Source: Chlamydiota bacterium
GTDB lineage: Bacteria; Auribacterota; Tritonobacteria; UBA1439
Assembly: GCA_037133055.1 (NCBI GenBank)
Contig: JBAXOY010000018.1
Span: 1 to 36,596 of the forward strand
Direction: 5' to 3'
DNA length: 36,596 nucleotides
Shown: one piece after another, positions 34,465-36,596 of the stretch
How the letters are laid out: each line of letters starts with the position of its first letter
How positions within the stretch are numbered: the stretch's first letter is position 1
Program-made: the position numbers and the translations under genes
The notes under the pieces: generated by a model
What the model saw: only the letters and a program-made list of their open reading frames with translations
Told to the model about the DNA's origin: nothing
Databases searched by the model: none

Positions 34465-36596
34465 TTACCATCCGTAGGTGCGCCATCCCTGCGCGCCGTA
34501 TGCCTGGCCCGAATCCTTCACGAACCCCGGCGGCGTCGGTCTTGCCCCCGGCTGGAAATTGACGCCGATGGGAACAAAAACGGTGTCGTAGGAGCCTTCG
34601 CCGGATGCGGGGACCGGCTTGACGCGGAAAGAAGAGCCGCCCGCGCCGCCCGGGAGGTCCGCGTTGACATCCCAGGCGTAGACGTGCCGGGAACCGCCGA
34701 TGCTTGCCGCGAGATTGGCGTCCCCGTCCCCGCCCATAACCATCATCGTGGCGGGAGTGTAGGTGCTCCCGTCCGTGCTGTAGGTGAAAAGCCCCGATGG
34801 CGCGACCTCCGCAGTCCAGTTGAAGAGCGCGTAGCTTATCGCCAAGTTCCCGACCGCCCCCCCACTCCAAGTGAGGGGGGTGGCCTCCGCCGACATGTTC
34901 CCCTTCCTCACGGCGGCGCCGAGGGTGTATGCCGCGCCGTTCTTGCCCGACCTCAAGATGAAGTAGCTCTCGCCGAGGCGGACCGAATCGAAACCGTAGT
35001 TGCGTTCGTAGTTCCAGTTTCCTCCGATGTTATGCGTGCCGATGGTGTTGATCGGGTCTTCACTGTTTATCCAATCAACGCCGTTCGTGGAATAATACGA
35101 GAGGATAGGACCATAGGGCACCTCTACCCAGAACATGTATCCCTGGAGCTCGCCGTTCTGGTAGACCTCTTCCAGCGCGTCCACAGCCAGTCCGGAAGGA
35201 GGGACGCTGCCTCCGGTAAAAGTGATTATATCGCTTACCTCGGGTGTGGGGACAGGGGTGGGCTGGCTGTCCCATCGATCCTGGCACTGCTGGTCCCACG
35301 CGTACAGTTTCCAGTCCAGCCCGTTGTTCGAGATGTACATCTCGAAAAACCCCGCGTCGGCGCTGGAATTATTGGCGCCGAGGTAACAGATATACCGGTT
35401 GTTCATCGGGTTTGCCGTATCAAGCGTCGCCGAGCCCTTGGGCCGATAAAGGACGTCCGGCTTGACCATCACCTTCGTGTTGCCCGGCCAGTCAGAGACC
35501 TTGTCGTTCGATGGACAGTACAGAAACTCATCAGCCGCCTCCCACGTGATTCCATCGGGGGACTCGGCGTAGCGGAAGTAATCGTTGTTGCCGTACCAGG
35601 TGTACCATATTTTGAATTTTATATCCGCGTCCCCGTACATCGTTTCGGTGGCGGGAAAATTGTTCTTGTTGAAGGCGACCGCGTGGTGGCCGACATTCCA
35701 ACTCCTGGGAAGGCCCGCGAGCGACGTGGGTGCCCCCCATGTTTGTCCGTCGGCGGAGTTCGAGCTCCAGTATGTGTTATACGGCGGCTCCGCGAGATAG
35801 TCCACTTCATGAAAACTGACGAACTGCGTCCCATCCCATATCGACCGGCTTTCATAATGCCGATCGGTGCCCGTGATCGCCGGACTCACTCCCGGGTTCC
35901 AGTCCGTGTAGGTGAAGTCGGTCCAGAGCGGCGTCGAGCCCGTGGCAGTCGGCGTCGGCGTGGGCAGCACCGGTGTTGCGGTCGGGGTCGCCGTGGGTGG
36001 CACAGGCGTATTCGTCGGCGTACTTGTCAACGGGACCGGCGTATCCGTCGGTGTTGCCGTGGGCGGCACTGGTGTATCCGTCGGCGTGCTTGTCGGCGGG
36101 ATCGGCGTATCCGTTGGCGTTGCCGTCGGCGGTACCGGCGTATCCGTCGGCGTGCTCGTCGGCGGCACCGGCGTATCCGTCGGCGTTGCTGTGGGCGGCA
36201 CCGGCGTATCCGTCGGCGTTGCCGTGGGCGGCACTGGTGTATCCGTCGGTGTTGCCGTGGGCGGCACAGGAGTATTCGTCGGCGTGCTCGTCGGCGGGAC
36301 TGGCGTATCCGTCGGCGTTGCCGTGGGCGGGACGGGCGTATCCGTCGGCGTACTCGTCGGCGGCACAGGTGTATCCGTCGGCGTTGCCGTCGGCGGGACC
36401 GGCGTATCCGTCGGCGTTGCCGTCGGCGGGACCGGAGTATCCGTCGGTGTTGCCGTGGGCGGGACTGGGGTATCCGTCGGCGTGCTTGTCGGCGGGACAG
36501 GTGTATCCGTCGGCGTGCTTGTCGGCGGGACCGGCGTTTCCGTCGGTGTCTGAGTCGGCGTTTCAGTCGGAGTCCGGGTCGGTGTTTCCGTAGGCG
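34465..36596 (-). CDS. Surface or secreted protein with long Pro/Thr stalk, Asp-box propeller-like domain and terminal NFQP...YGW motif (5' end outside window)
   Basis: Frame is open to the right edge (PTETPTRTPTETPTQTPT...); SADGQTW, SPDGITW, SNNGLDW, STNGVDW; ends VNFQPGARPTPPGFVKDSGQAYGAQGWRTYGW*. Confidence 0.85.
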   Translation of the reverse strand, partial: PTETPTRTPTETPTQTPTETPVPPTSTPTDTPVPPTSTPTDTPVPPTATPTDTPVPPTATPTDTPVPPTATPTDTPVPPTSTPTDTPVPPTATPTDTPVPPTSTPTNTPVPPTATPTDTPVPPTATPTDTPVPPTATPTDTPVPPTSTPTDTPVPPTATPTDTPIPPTSTPTDTPVPPTATPTDTPVPLTSTPTNTPVPPTATPTATPVLPTPTPTATGSTPLWTDFTYTDWNPGVSPAITGTDRHYESRSIWDGTQFVSFHEVDYLAEPPYNTYWSSNSADGQTWGAPTSLAGLPRSWNVGHHAVAFNKNNFPATETMYGDADIKFKIWYTWYGNNDYFRYAESPDGITWEAADEFLYCPSNDKVSDWPGNTKVMVKPDVLYRPKGSATLDTANPMNNRYICYLGANNSSADAGFFEMYISNNGLDWKLYAWDQQCQDRWDSQPTPVPTPEVSDIITFTGGSVPPSGLAVDALEEVYQNGELQGYMFWVEVPYGPILSYYSTNGVDWINSEDPINTIGTHNIGGNWNYERNYGFDSVRLGESYFILRSGKNGAAYTLGAAVRKGNMSAEATPLTWSGGAVGNLAISYALFNWTAEVAPSGLFTYSTDGSTYTPATMMVMGGDGDANLAASIGGSRHVYAWDVNADLPGGAGGSSFRVKPVPASGEGSYDTVFVPIGVNFQPGARPTPPGFVKDSGQAYGAQGWRTYGW
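35970..36546 (-). repeat. 33-bp coding tandem repeat, about 17-18 copies (PPT[A/S]TPT[D/N]TPV)
   Basis: Contiguous 11-codon units with mostly synonymous variation and no spacers. Confidence 0.95.

Noticed and set aside
35970..36546. 33-bp periodic array as a CRISPR
   Set aside because: No unique spacers, variation is mostly synonymous, it encodes a Pro/Thr linker, and no cas genes are present.

Overview
High-GC bacterial window; almost all genes are on the minus strand. The Pro/Thr-linker PQQ-propeller proteins and the paired FabF cluster suggest a PVC-related lineage, but that is inference only. Five blocks, right to left: (1) a 5'-truncated protein with about 17-18 11-aa Pro/Thr repeats, Asp-box motifs and a terminal NFQP...YGW motif; (2) comEC and a convergent DUF3006 gene; (3) a B12-binding radical SAM gene followed by an 11-gene lipid/acyl-tailoring operon with its own promoter (FabF lacking a catalytic His, intact FabF, SAM methyltransferase, GH3 acyl-adenylate ligase, DUF1571, atypical enolase-superfamily enzyme, two alpha/beta hydrolases, two SDRs, exported protein); (4) a low-GC signalling insert (promoter, leader ORF plus hairpin, soluble His kinase with degenerate GGDEF tail, two single-domain receivers) heading a T2SS/type IV pilus operon with a PilM-PilN fusion and no secretin or PilT, followed by a decayed chemotaxis operon (frameshifted cheR, truncated cheB, possible cheD tail, receiver fragment) where only cheY and cheC are intact; (5) a large exported protein missing from the ORF track, with two PQQ-like propellers, Pro/Thr linkers and an internal S8 subtilase, running off the left edge. 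No rRNA, tRNA, CRISPR, transposase or integrase was recognised.
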